Shown: piece by piece, positions 1 to 12,633 of the stretch | Layout: each line of letters begins with the position of its first letter | How positions within the stretch are numbered: position 1 is the first letter of the stretch | Assembly (NCBI RefSeq): GCF_036321535.1 | Contig: NC_087455.1 | Span: forward strand, 24,614,001-24,678,000 | DNA from: Camelus dromedarius | Lineage: Eukaryota | Direction: 5' to 3' | Length of the DNA: 64,000 nucleotides | Position numbers and translations under genes: made by a program | Notes under the pieces: model-generated | Told to the model about the DNA's origin: nothing | The model's database searches: none | What the model saw: only the letters and a program-made list of their open reading frames with translations

Positions 1-1112
1 AGTGATAATAGCTATCATTTACTTTTGTTGTTGTTTCTGTACACTTAGTATGTTTCAGCCATGTGATTGACAAGTGTTCATTATTTCGCTTAGTGCTTGC
101 AGCAGCCACATGCAGTTGGAATGGATTTTGGAAGCTCATAGGGGAGGAATTTAAGGGAGCAAAGGCGTGAGACAAGGAGCTCTCAAAGCTCACTTGTGAT
201 GGAACCAGGATCTAAAGCTGGGCCCGACTCCAAACAAAGCCTTTGATCCCCCGATTTCCCAGTTTTGTGCTGCTTCCCAGTCTGCCAGTTTCATGCTTCC
301 TTCATCTGTTACCCATCACTGTTGCCCTAGATGCCAAAGTTTACCCTGCACCTATCTCTAGTCTAGTAATCACCTTAAAGAACTCAGATCCTTACTTTCT
401 TGTGCTCCCCACGTTCACTTTGGTTCCCTAGGTGTCAGGAGAAAGCTGTGTTAATGACAAAGCTGCTTCTATGTCTTTACAATGACTCCTTCCATCTTCT
501 CCCCATTTGTGAACTCAACATTTAAAGAGCACCAGTATTGAGCTGTAATGAACTCTGGGTTACAAGCCATAATGCCTCTTCCAGAGTCTTCCTCTTGTGG
601 AAACCCACTTGCCTCCTCATTTTTCCAAATTTCCTTGGAAAAGGAAGCTTTGCGTCTCATTTTTCTCTGCCTCACCATAGCCACTGTTTCTGGCTGCAGT
701 TATCTAACAATCTCCTTTGTGGTTTACTCCATCCATTTCTGCTGCTTTCCCCACATCATCACCATGTCCTCAGACATTCAGGATCATCCTTTGCCGTCTT
801 CCATTAGCTTCTCCACACTTGGGTCATAGGTTCCTCTAAATTCAGCACAAATAGGTACCCTGTTGGTGACCCGTGACAGCTTGCCCTGGATCACGTTTTC
901 TCCTCAATTACCTGTTGAAGTGCCTGTTGGACCCTTCTAATTCCCAGTTCTCAAATTTGTATCTTCTTTTCTTGCATATTTATAAGGTTCGACCCTTCCT
1001 TGCCATCAGTTTATTAAATGTGTTCTTTGACCTTTGGTAACTATGGTCCCTAAATTTTTTTTGACTGTCAGCATATTGGTAAACTTAGGATTCTGACTGG
1101 ACCTATAGTCAT

Positions 1113-1459
1113 TGTCTTAGCCAATCTGAGCTGCTGTAACAGAATATCACAGACAGGGTGACTTACAAACAACAGAAGTTTATTTCTCACAGTTCTGGAG
1201 GCTGGAAGTCTGAGATCAGGGTGCCCGCATGGTCAGGTTTGGTGAGGATCTTCCGCGTTGCAGACAGCCAGTTTCCTGTTGTACCCGCACATGGTGGAGA
1301 GAGGGCTAGCTAAGTCTCTGTCTCTTAGGGCACCAGTCCTATTTTTGAGGGCTCTTCCCCATGACCTAATTACCTCCTCAAAGCCCCACCTTTAAATCAC
1401 GTTGGGATTAGAGTTGGAACATAGGGCTTTTGGGGGACACAAACATTGAGTCCGTAACA
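1113..1459 (-). mobile_element. MaLR solo LTR, MLT1A-like
   Basis: TG...CA ends; motifs tttatttctcacagttctggaggctggaagtc, gacctaattacctcc, gggggacacaaacatt; degenerate 5-bp flanks gtcat/atcac. Confidence 0.9.
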
Positions 1460-3125
1460 ATCACCTCCAGACTGCTGTCTTCATTATCCTAATGCTTTTC
1501 CCCTTTGACCTCTTGTGCTGCGAACCTCATGCTGCTAAGGGGGACTTGGGGGGCTTTTTGCCTACACGTGGGGTTCACTACTCCACGGAAACCCTTTTCA
1601 TCATTCCGTTTGGACTCTTCATTGCATTCTCTTCAACAGTGACTCTTCCGAATGTTTTTCTGCAATCTTGGTCTTTATTCCATGGCATTCTTACCACTCA
1701 GATAACAACCTTGCCACTTAATTTACTGAGAAAAACCAAAGCTCCCCACTGAGAGCGTGCTCATCTTTTCTCTCATTCTCACCCCTGTACCGTCCTGTTA
1801 CCATACCCTACTGTTCTTGAAAGCTTCTTTTAAAAATGTCACCCATTCTTTTAAACTAATTTTTTTGTCCTGTTTCAGATGAAGTGGGGCATGTGGCTTC
1901 TACTTGTACTTTTGGTCCTCTACTCCCTTTTCTAAACTTTTCTCATATGTGATCTGTTCTATTTGTATATTCCACCTCTCATTCCTCCTCACGCTGTCTC
2001 CTTTTACTTTCAAAGTCTTTAGGATCCTCAACATTACAAGTAAATTAAAAATATCCTTTGACTTTCTAGTCCTTAGAATGTACCCTTTCTGCTTTTGCCA
2101 CTCCTTTTATTGTTCAACTTCTCGGGGAAAAAAATCATTTGCAATCCCCGTAGGATTCTTCTTTCTTGCCCACACATTCAGGGTTGAACTAGCTTTAAAA
2201 TGTTGCAAAGTAAAAAAACCTGATTTTCGTTCATGCTTTGAGGCTCTCCTACTAAATTGTTAACTTTAAAATCTCTCTGTAGACAAGCCCTGTGTCTTCA
2301 TCTGCATGCTGGAGAGTTCCCTTTCCCTGGCCAACTTAACTTGTCCTAAAAGTGATCTCTGTACCCCCTTCCCCAGCCAAAACTAAACCAGTGAAACCCA
2401 CAGCTTCACAGTCTGCCTGGCTCATCCCTGACTGTGCTGCTGATTTTAGGGGCACCTCAGTTCTCTTCCTCAGGTTGGAAACCGTGACTTTATCTTTAAA
2501 TACTCTCTCTCCTTCAGATCTCCACACTGTGTTATATCAGCGCTTATTAGGTTTGGTTCATAATGAATCAAGTTCACATTCTGCTTGTCAGTCTCTGCCC
2601 CAAATCAATATTTTAGTCATGATTATTGCGAAAGTCTCATAACTGATTTTTCTCTCTATTCATCAGCCACTTCTCTCTGTTAAGTTTCACACATCGAACT
2701 GGATTAGTCTTTCTATTATAGCCCTTTGGTCATGTCACTTTCCTGCTCAGATTTTCAAGAACTTCTCAGTGTCTGGAGGCTAATTTTCTTACTCGGTGTT
2801 ATATTCGATGTTCTTTGTGGTCTGGACTCAACCTACATTTTCAGCCATCTGCTGAGACCAGTAAGTGCTTACTCTGTGCTTCAGCTGAACTGCAGGACTG
2901 ATTGTTCCTCTGTATTTGCTCATATGTTTTTTTTTCCCCTGTAGAAAATACCTTTATTTCTGCCTACCTTCCTCCTGTTTGAAGTCTAGCCCATCAGACC
3001 CAGTTCAGGTGCAGTCAGTGATCGCCCCAGTTGAGAAGTTAGTGGATTAAAGCAGGAATTTCAATATGTATCTGTATAACACCTACTGCCTGTTAGTAGT
3101 GGTAGGTGCTTTAATACCTATTCAT
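1460..3125 (+). mobile_element. L2 LINE 3' region, heavily diverged (probably also about 480-1112, split by the MLT1A)
   Basis: Pyrimidine-rich L2-like text ending in a degenerate gtaggtgct...aata 3' terminus. Confidence 0.55.
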
Positions 3126-3494
3126 ACAGCCCTTTTGATTGGATGTCTTTCAAGGACTTTAACTATATCTTCTATTCTCCTATTCCTCAGAGCCTTCTAG
3201 CAACAGGTGCACAGTATTATTTTCCTGATGAATCCCTTGTTTATACTTTTCATTATTTGATCAACAGTGAGAAAGGGTAAATGGGCTTGGCAGCTCAGGG
3301 GTCACTGGGACTCTCCTAAAGCTGATGGGCTGGCCCGGTGTGGAAGCTGGATGGATGAGCTCAGACCTCTTCACTACACAGCTCATGTTTCCCTTTGGAA
3401 AGGAACCGTATGATAAACCATCTTTCAAACACTTATTTTATTCATTTGTTTTTAAACACATAGGAAAACACACTTGAAGCTTTCTTTTGTTCCA

Positions 3495-3710
3495 AGCACT
3501 AAAGCCAGACTGCCTGGGTTTGAATCCTGGCTTTGTTACTTCATGGCTGAATGCCCTTGGGCAAGATACATAACCTCTCTGCACTTTACTTTCCTTCTAT
3601 GTATAATTGGAATAACATATTCATAACGTTTTTATAAATATTAAATGAGTTAATACTGGTAAAGCTTATTAAACAGTATGGCAAATAATGCATTCTCAAA
3701 TGCTGACCAT
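3495..3710 (+). mobile_element. MIR SINE
   Basis: gccagactgcctgggtttgaatcctggct...cttgggcaagatacataacctctctg...attaaatgagttaat. Confidence 0.9.
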
Positions 3711-3984
3711 CAATATTGCTACTATGAAGCAGTGAGGGAATTGCTGCAAGAAAAAGAAGTTATTGGAACTTGTAGTTGCTAATTTACTTGCCAGATTATT
3801 GAAGTGCTATGATTTTAATTCATGAGGATAAGAACCATTAAGGTCTAGAAACTCCTAAAATACAGAGCATAGTAAGAGAGAATGAATGGAAAATTAAGGG
3901 AATATTAAGGAAATCTAGCCACACATTTGTTAAGTTGTCATATATACCTAGGGATTTAGCAACTGACTTAATAATTACTTAAGC

Positions 3985-4140
3985 CATTCAAGAATATGGA
4001 TGATTATTATGTGATACCTAGTAGACACTGAGCCAAAGCATTTATCAGTACTTCCGAGATGCTGGAAACATGAAGATGAATGACACATGGCTTTTGTTTT
4101 GAGGATGTTCAGCTTGATAGGATACACTGGTAAATAACTG
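3985..4140 (-). mobile_element. L2 3' end
   Basis: Reverse L2-tail-like gatgctggaaacatgaagatgaatgacacatgg. Confidence 0.55.
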
Positions 4141-4578
4141 CAGCCTAGTGTTGAAAAGCGCTGTCAACTCAGATGTGCCACAGTCTTCAATGCCTCCTCT
4201 CGACAGAGGAGGGTGTCAGAGGAGCTGAATTTACTTTTGCAGAGGGGACAGAGCACATCTTTCTCTATAGATGTTAGCACATTTTGATAATACGAGGTGG
4301 GGTTTTTTGGTTTTGTTTGCTTTACTAAGATCTGTGAGGACAGCAAAGTGCCAGTGGTGGTTTACTTGTTATGAAGGGAATGCTAACTGTACCAAATGTT
4401 CTGAGGATTTTTTTGTTGTTGTTGTTATTTTGGATTTTAATGTAAACTTTAAAAAAAAGTTGCTTTTTTAATACTTGGAAGACAATATGCATAGATTCAC
4501 AGGATGCCCTTCTATTTGTAATATATTAAACAAAATCAAGAAGTTTTCCATACTAGCTAGTCCATGGATAGACTTGGT

Positions 4579-4750
4579 CTGTGGTTCCCAAACCTGATAA
4601 TGGTGGGAATAACCGGGGGAGCCTCTAATGATGTGGGAGCCTGGGCCCCGGTCCAGATACACTGAAACAGACTCTGAGGGGAGCTCCGACTCTGCGTCCA
4701 GGAATCGCAGGTGTTTAAGAACTGCAGGAGAAACCAGGGCTCACTGCACG
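4579..4750. mobile_element. MER5-family hAT-Charlie MITE
   Basis: ctgtggttcccaaacctg terminus; gcctgggcccc and ccaggaatcgc internal motifs. Confidence 0.65.
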
Positions 4751-5620
4751 CTTGTGCTGTTGACATGGAAACTACTAATTGTGTCTGTGATACTGACTTA
4801 CACTCCAAAGTGAGATGAAACACAGTAAGAAGACTCAATAGGAAGTATCATGAAATCTTTCACTTATACTTAAATCTGGTGCCTTTTGCTAAGAGACAGC
4901 TGCAAGAGGCAGTAATTCGAAGATAACAATATAATTCAGAAGAGATACTTAGATTTCTCAAGTATTCTTGCTACTGCCAGATACTCAGGTAATCATCTGG
5001 TCTTTTGTGTCCATTATATTGCTTTATTGGAAAAGGATCTAATCTTGTTCCCACCTCCACCCCCTTTTCTCCCTCCCTACTGGGCAATGGTCAAAACTCG
5101 GAAGATGTGTTGACCTAGAGGGAGTTTTCAATAGACTTCAATTATTTAATGTAAAACACATGCATGTTATGGTGTGGTGGGGAAGCAAAAACAGTGCTTG
5201 GGGGAAAAGTTGGTAATTTCATTCAAAACATGAAGAAATAACACTTAGCTTCTGTGTGGGAGCCCACTTAGTCGTGTAGGGTTATCACAAGATTGTTGTG
5301 TGTTGTGTGTACACATACAACAGCTTTTCTAGACCTTACATGTAAGACATACCCCAGACTGACCTACACGCAGCTTTGGCAGTAACCTGGTCGCAACACA
5401 TCTTCATCTTTGATGCTACTGTGGCCCCACACCTTCTTGGCTGGGCTGCTGCAGTTGTAACTCTGAGTCCTACATAAAGGGGGAAAATAGACATTAAGAA
5501 TTTTATTATTATGAAAAATTTCTGTCAGACCATAATTGGGGATACCCTCCTAATATCCATCACTCATATTCAACATTTATTAAAAATATGTAAATTCATA
5601 TTTTAAAAAAAATATGTAAC

Positions 5621-5707
5621 TTTTTTTTAAATGAAGGTACTGGGGATTGAACCCAGAACCTCATACACGTTAGGCAAGCACTCTACCAGTGAGCTATACA
5701 AACCCCC
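5621..5707 (-). mobile_element. tRNA-Ala-derived SINE (camelid vic-1-like), short form
   Basis: T tail + gaaggtactggggattgaaccc...ctctaccagtgagctatac = reverse of tRNA-Ala(AGC)-like A and B boxes. Confidence 0.9.
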
Positions 5708-5719
5708 AAGAATATATAT

Positions 5720-5985
5720 ATTCTATATGTGCTTCATCTGCCCTTTTAATTTTGTCCCTGATAAAGTATTTTAAAGCAAATCTCAGATACCATATATTTT
5801 ACTTTCACATACTTACTTGATTATTGATCTATAAAAGGAGGTTCTTTTATAACCACAATGCCATTTCCGCAGTTAGCAAAATTAACAATGATTCTTCATC
5901 ATTTATTACCTGCCCCAACCAAATTGCTCAGATTGTCTCAAAAATGACTTTTTACAGTTTATTTGAATTGGGATTCTAGTTTGGG
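5720..5985 (-). mobile_element. Old L1 (L1MC-type) 3' fragment
   Basis: ataaccacaatgccattt...aaaattaacaatgattc...cagattgtctcaaaaatg. Confidence 0.7.
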
Positions 5986-6124
5986 GAAAGGACATTTTTA
6001 AGGGTGGTACTAAAGACACATGTAAAGAACGTTTTATTCCTGATGTAACCAGAACAAGTAGGGGAAAAACTCAGAACCCCATGGGATATCTTAAGTATTT
6101 TGTGGAAGGAACTAATCCTTTCTC

Positions 6125-6256
6125 NNNNNNNNNNNNNNNNNNNNNNNNNNNNNNNNNNNNNNNNNNNNNNNNNNNNNNNNNNNNNNNNNNNNNNNNNNNN
6201 NNNNNNNNNNNNNNNNNNNNNNNNNNNNNNNNNNNNNNNNNNNNNNNNNNNNNNNN
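6125..6256. other. Assembly gap (132 N)
   Basis: N run. Confidence 1.
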
Positions 6257-8804
6257 TGATTTCATGTTCTAAAGTTAGTGCTGCAATTACCACTTGGATT
6301 GCTCTTCGAAAAATGCACACAAAGAATACAGTGACTCAGCGAAGGGTGTTGCCAGTGGGTTGTCATTTTTAACTCTCCAATTATGATGGAATTGCATAAA
6401 GAATGTTCAACTGAGTGCTGCATTTTCCTGCTCCCCAAGCCTGTGTTTCTGCACACCACCACCAGGACCAAGCGCATCCAACCTCCTTTTCTTTATCTTG
6501 TTGTGTTTTGTTTTGTCTTGTTTTGTTTTTTAAGATTAACAAGGGTCAAAGAAGCATAGTATACAAGTGAATTGTAAAACTCTGCAGTGAGTGCTGCTTC
6601 TTAACAAGAAGCTAGCTATCTGTTCCCTTATAATTACAAAGATTTGTAAAAGTATACTTAAAGAAAATAACCCAGAGAGTCCACAGAAGTCTAATTTGGA
6701 ACATAAGTTGATGTTCATGTGGTACCTCAATCCATGAGGGACTTGAAAGTTTTTATTGCAAACATGTGAAGGGATACATGGCACCTGCCTTCCAAAGGGC
6801 ATGACTGTCTTGAGGGGGGTGGAAGAGGGGTTCGGGGAAGACTAGTGGTTTAGAGGGGAGGAGGCTACCTAGAAGTTCTGGCAGTCATTTTAGCACGAGT
6901 TAGTTAGTTGCTAGGCTAGGGTCCTAGCACTGGGTGACAAGAAGAGATGCTAGAAAGGTTCAGAAGTATCCTTCCAATGTGGTGACTTACTGACCTGAGG
7001 AATGGAAGAATGGGGTGACTAAGAATTTGTGCCGCAGTACACAATAAAAAACACTATGTTTTTAAAAAGAAACATGAAAATTGATAGGGGGAGGTTGATC
7101 TTTTTTGTTTGTTTAATTTTAATATCTTCTCTTTGACATCTTGAGAGCCAAGAGGAAATATTCACTGTATGTCTAGGAAATGTGGCCAGGACATAGGATA
7201 GAAAAGGGAATTATTGATCAACCCTCATATAAGAGAAACAGTATTAAGGTGCCAATGATAAAAATTGGAGAGTCTGCCTTCAAGGAGTTCGTAATTTATC
7301 AAGAATGAAGATGAAGAAGTAGTCAAGGATAAGACCATATGTGAAGTGTGTATGTTATTAAATGTTTATAAGTTAAGCCTAAGTTTGGTAGAAACAGTAG
7401 ATTTTTTTTTCATGTAACTTCTCTTTTCAGACTTTTTCTGGATTTTTTTTTTTTTTAATCTTAATTTTAGAATCAGGACAAGCGTGTGTGAGATGTCTTA
7501 CTGAAGTTGAGATGAGGAGGTAGGATCAGGCTCAGAACTTACACTTGTGCTGTGTATGCCTGTGGTCTAGTCATGGTTACGGGGCTAGGGCCACCTCCTG
7601 CACAAGCTGTGTGTTGGTGTGTGGGGTGACAACCTCCTCTCTGTCCCCTCCCGCTCACTGGTCTCTGCCAATCTAAGCCACCATCGTAGCTGCTGGGCCA
7701 ACGTTTACGAGTGAGGTGTGAGGCACCAGTCCTACTTTATTACGTCACCTTTCTTCTCTTCTTTTGGTACCAGAAATGGGAGAAGCTAGTCACTATACTC
7801 CAAAAAATTGCAAATAACCTTGGTAGCTTGATGGATCTCCTGGTTCAAGGTGACTTTTTTTCATCTTCATTTGTAGAGAGAGGGAAAAAAAATATAGAAT
7901 CAGTCTACTAACCAAAGTTTCAATCTTTAGCATTCCCAGTGTCAGTAAATACTGTTTTTGTTTTCATTCATGGTTGACCTTGAAAATTCAATGTACAAAA
8001 TTGTGGTCTTTTATTATTCTCTGATTTTTATGTCATTTCTTATTCTTGCCCAGGTGATGCTTAATACTTGTATTCTTCTTGTTCTGAAAGGGCGTTTGCA
8101 AACATAAAAAATTTTGGTCTCCTTTAAAAATGGATTGACAGTCTATGTTTTTCAAAGTGCATGGTGTTTTTAATAATCAGTAATAAACATGACAATTTAT
8201 TTTTTCAAGTTGGTAGCATAATAAGGCCATTTAGTTACATCACAAGAAAGAAAAGCTTATAATGGACTCCATCTGTTTACTCTTATAACTTCCTGAGTCA
8301 AGTTTTCTGCACCATGTAATGGTGATCTATTAGTGATGCAAAATCTTGGGGATCTTTTAAGTACCCTCTTTATAGCCCTTATTTGAAGAAAGATTAATCT
8401 GGTAGTAGGTTCAAGCATATAACACCATGATTTACAAAGAGACTGGTTCGAGTTATGCTTGTTCCAGTTTGAGAATGTAACTTACCTGCATGTCCTGTGA
8501 AGTACAAGAATAATTTAACAGTGGAATGGTTGAGCCTGAAGGAACTCAATAAACGGGAGACACTAATTCCCTCTCTGGTAGCAAGACAAGTCAGCTCCAG
8601 CCTCCAAAACTATTCACACCAGTATACGATCATCACTGGCAAAATGCCTGCCAATTCTTCAGGAACCCCATACAATGGTTTCAAGGAAAGATACACTTGA
8701 TGAAGTGTATCCCATCATTATAGTGTATCTTTAGAAGGAGGGAAACAGAATAGTTGACAGAAATGTAGAAAGAGAACCCTTTCATAACAAGGAATGGCTC
8801 TCCT

Positions 8805-9380
8805 TGTTACATTCTTAAAAACCAAGCTGATCTTCCTCAGACTTTTTTGTTTTCTAAGTAGAGCTAGATTTATTTGGAGAGATACGTAGTGCATAGAGTG
8901 CAGGCTGTTTCAGAAGGCAAGAGAAAGGCCTCGAGGAGTGAGGGTTGGGTGCTCAGGTTAAAGCAGAAGTAGATACACACTCCATAGAGAAAGTGCAGAC
9001 TGTCTCTGAAGAGGAGGGAGCGAGAGAGGCTCCATGAGGCATGGTGTTGCCAGTTTTTATGGGCTTGGTAGCTTCACAGGCAAGTGCAAGGACTATTCCA
9101 ACTACCTGGGGAAGGGGCTGGGATTCCCAGAAATTGGGCCACTGCCCACTCTTTGACCTTTTGTGATTAGTCTTGAGACACTCATGGCGCCTGTGGGCAT
9201 GTTATTTATCATGCTATTATATTATAATAAGCATATAATGAAGCTCAAGGTCTATTGAAAGTCAAATCTCCTACCATCTTGAGCCTCAAGGCCTACTGGG
9301 AGTTGGATCTTCCACCATTTTGGTGTTAATTGCTGTCATTCCTTGAATGGCTGTGCCTTGCCCCCTCCCCTCCTGTCTCA
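8805..9380 (-). mobile_element. ERV1-type 3' LTR (576 bp)
   Basis: TG...CA ends; minus-strand AATAAA (tttatt 8869-8874) and TATA-like (9054-9060); internal duplicated motifs; adjacent polypurine tract. Confidence 0.8.
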
Positions 9381-9715
9381 TTGCCCCCTCAGAGATTTTA
9401 CTCCCATAATCTTCTGGGGGTGCAGAGGGATAACAATCAGTCTTCTATAGCTACTTCAGGGCTGAGTAGGGGCATTGACCTTGCCTATCAGGGAGTAAAA
9501 ATCTCTGAATGCCTAATCTAGGGGTCCCAGGGGCAGGACAGCCTTGTTTTTGTGTCAGAGGGTGGTATGGGCTGGAATCCTCACATAGCCATCATCTGAT
9601 GTGAGACTGTTGTAACCTAGAAGACATAAACTTTACCAAGAGGTTAAAAAAAAAAGTTTAAGGAGGAAGAATAGGATTAAGACTGTTAACTGTAAATGAG
9701 ACCAAACGTCTTAAT
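9381..9715 (-). mobile_element. ERV1 internal 3' end: polypurine tract and decayed env transmembrane/cytoplasmic tail
   Basis: Minus strand GAGGGGGCAA immediately before the LTR TG; 9607-9645 encodes NLLVKFMSSRLQQ, then after a frameshift HQMMAM*GFQPIP. Confidence 0.8.
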
Positions 9716-11862
9716 GTACAGATATTTCTGTGCCACACATTATGGATATAAAGATAAGCACTCACGGGGGCTGATCTTTTCCTGGGTTACACTTGTCTTT
9801 GGGCCCTCACTTTGGGGAGTGCCACATATTTAGATATATTCTGAAGTTCTCTGTGGCTCCAGCTAACTTTGAGATGTTTTAAAGGAACCCTGAGGCACCT
9901 TAGATACTAAATTAACTAGGATTATTTGGTGTGTTAAGTTAAATATAATCAGTCATGGTTGTAGTAATTGTAAACAAATCTCTCTTTATCAATTTCAGAC
10001 ATTTAACCATGCCTTTTGAAGTCTTTTGTCGTTATGGACAGTTAAACTGATGTTACAAAGGTGCTTCATCTTTAAGAAGATTCATAGGAAGACTATGTAA
10101 ACAGTGGGTAAAAACCACTTACACTACCATCTTATCTAAGCCGAGAACATAAAATACTACAGGATTTAACTATTTTAAGACTTCTGTCCCCACATTGTGT
10201 TCGTAACTTGTCTCTTCCATGGGTCCAGATGACTGTTTCCTTGTTAAAATTCATCTGCTCCTAGATCTTTTATTACAACCTCAGACTTCTTTTTGACTTA
10301 CTTCAACTGGTTGGACTTGGGGCCTCCCCCACCCTGCCGTGGGTTCCCATAGGAGCTTGTTCAGAACTCTTGTCACTGCACTCACCAGTGTATTAGTTTT
10401 ATTCTCACATGTATCCTAAGTGGGTCGGGCATATTTAAGCCAGCAGAGGAATGCCTTGTGGGTTCCACTCCCAGTCAATTTGTCCAGTTATTTATTTTTA
10501 TTTTTCTGTTTTGATTTTCAGTCCTTCATTTGCTATTCTTTGCACCCATTTTGACATATTAAATCCGTGGAAACTCACTTATTCCAGGTTGAGAATTTGT
10601 CGTCATGAAGATGGTGACTTGAATAAAAGTACTGTGTAAGTTGTCCAGTTATTTCTGCACATCAGAGACAGTCACCATATAGCACCCATCATGGCTTTCC
10701 TCCCTTGCTTACAGCTAGTCTGTGTCTGTGGCTTGTGAGGTCATCTGGGCGAGCCTCTCCATGGCCACTACTCATAACGCTGTAGGCACCAGGCAGGACC
10801 AAAGACTCTCACTTCTGAAACATCTCGAGTTGCCAGCCTGTAGGGTACTGGAGCCATGCTGCCTTCGATGCAGAGGCAGGGACACCAGCATCCTCGCAGT
10901 CTCTAAGCTGCACTGTGGTTGTATCCATGAATCCTGCCTGGGTCTCTCCACAGTCTCTTCACCCAGCCCGTCTAGCTAGGATTCCTCACTATTCTAACTT
11001 CAGAAACTGAAGTCCAGTCCAGGGGGCTGGCAAGCCTCACAAACTTAACTGTCTTTTCTTTTTATCTGTCCTAGGACCCTCCCTTGCAAATCTCTTCCCT
11101 CCATCCCTGGTACCAAACAAAATGGATAGGGAGCTAAGAAAAGGGCAGAAGGATTATTTCTGCTAATAAGTATTTGCACTCCTTCTGGGAGAATTTAGAT
11201 AACTTTGTTAAATGCATGTTTGTGTTCCTCACTGGACTTTGGACTCTTCAAGGACAGGGATTGTCTTTATTTTGGATCCCTGGCATTTAACACAAAGCTG
11301 AAGAAGTCAAAGTTAATTAGAGGAAGAATTATTGCACTGTCTTGGTCAGACTTAATAGTTTTCACAACTTATTTCAAACTGGAATAACCCATCGGTATCC
11401 TCTGCTTCTCATCTATTAAAGAATATTAAATATGTAAATATATTTATTCTGGTTGTTCAAGTTCTATTTCAACATTCTCTTTAGTATAAAAAATGTTTAG
11501 TGTATCTTTTATTTCTCTCGAGTCATCATTGTTCTTGGGAACACTGTGGTAAATGTTGATAAATGTTGTCTTGTAGATGCTTTTGGAGTATGAGTTTTGT
11601 GGTAGATAATGCTTCCTGAGCCTCTAAATTTGTAGCAAATTAAAAATGATTATATTCTTGTGGGCTGTTTTCCCCTCTTTTAGATGTGGAATATCTGAAT
11701 ATAGGGTGTTTTAGCTGTTAATTTTGTATGTCCACAGGAGTTTTCTTTTAAAAATATTACTTTAAATATTACCATGGTATTTAAATTGATAATAACTAAA
11801 AATATACTGGATACTGGCAATAAACAGCATCTGATCTGTAATCCTCACAACAATCCTGAGAA

Positions 11863-11945
11863 GAGGGATTGGCAAACTTTACCTGTAAAGGGCTAAAGAG
11901 TGAATATTTTAGACTTTGTGGGTCATAAGTTTTGGTAGCATCTCC
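11863..11945 (+). mobile_element. MER58-like hAT fragment
   Basis: agggattggcaaactttacctgtaaagggc...gaatattttagactttgtgggtcata. Confidence 0.75.
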
Positions 11946-12020
11946 TTAATTAAGGAAAAAAATGGGACTCATTAAGAAGTTTACCAGAGACCACATTGTT
12001 GAGAAGTACCAGCTGTAGGA

Positions 12021-12390
12021 TTTTTTTTTTTTAATTCAAGTATTGTTGTTGTACGGTATTATATAAGTTACAGGTATACAATACAGTGATGCACATTTCT
12101 TAAAGGTTCTACTTCATTTATAGTTATTTTAAATACTGGCTATATTCTCTGTGTTATACAGTGTAAGCTTGTAGCTTATTTTATACCTGATAATTCATAC
12201 CTCTTAAACCCCTGCTCCTATACTGCCCCACCTCCCTTCTCTCTCCCCACTGGTGGCCACTAGTTTGTTCTCTAAATCTGTGAGTCTGCTTCTTTTGTGT
12301 TCTATTCACTAGTTTGTTGTATTTTTTTCCACATGTAAGTGATATCATACAGTATTTGTCTTTCTCTGACTTACTTCTCTTAGCATATAC
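12021..12390 (-). mobile_element. Lineage (artiodactyl-type) L1 3' end, 5'-truncated
   Basis: T12 tail; ccactagtttgttctctaaatctgtgagtctg...ccacatgtaagtgatatcatacagtatttgtctttctctgacttact. Confidence 0.92.
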
Positions 12391-12429
12391 TGGCTTCATT
12401 CTCTCATACTTTAAAAAAATAAAAATCAG

Positions 12430-12560
12430 TAGTGAGTGATTAGTGTCTCCTCACTGGTAGGAGTGTCTACTACATGCAACACACTGTCTAGTATGCTATG
12501 GAGATGATACAGGTCCAGTTACAGGAACCCACAGTTTGGAGGGTGGGACAGTCGATTAAT
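12430..12560 (-). mobile_element. L2 3' end
   Basis: gtctactacatgcaacacactgtctagtatgctatggagat. Confidence 0.55.
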
Positions 12561-12633
12561 AGTATTCCTTTTACCTGCTCAAGTTCTGAAATGATAAAAG
12601 AGATCAGGGTTTTCACATGACAGATATCATTTA

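Noticed and set aside
6814-6858. Second G-quadruplex candidate
   Set aside because: Needs a 17-nt loop; weak compared with the motif at 60199.
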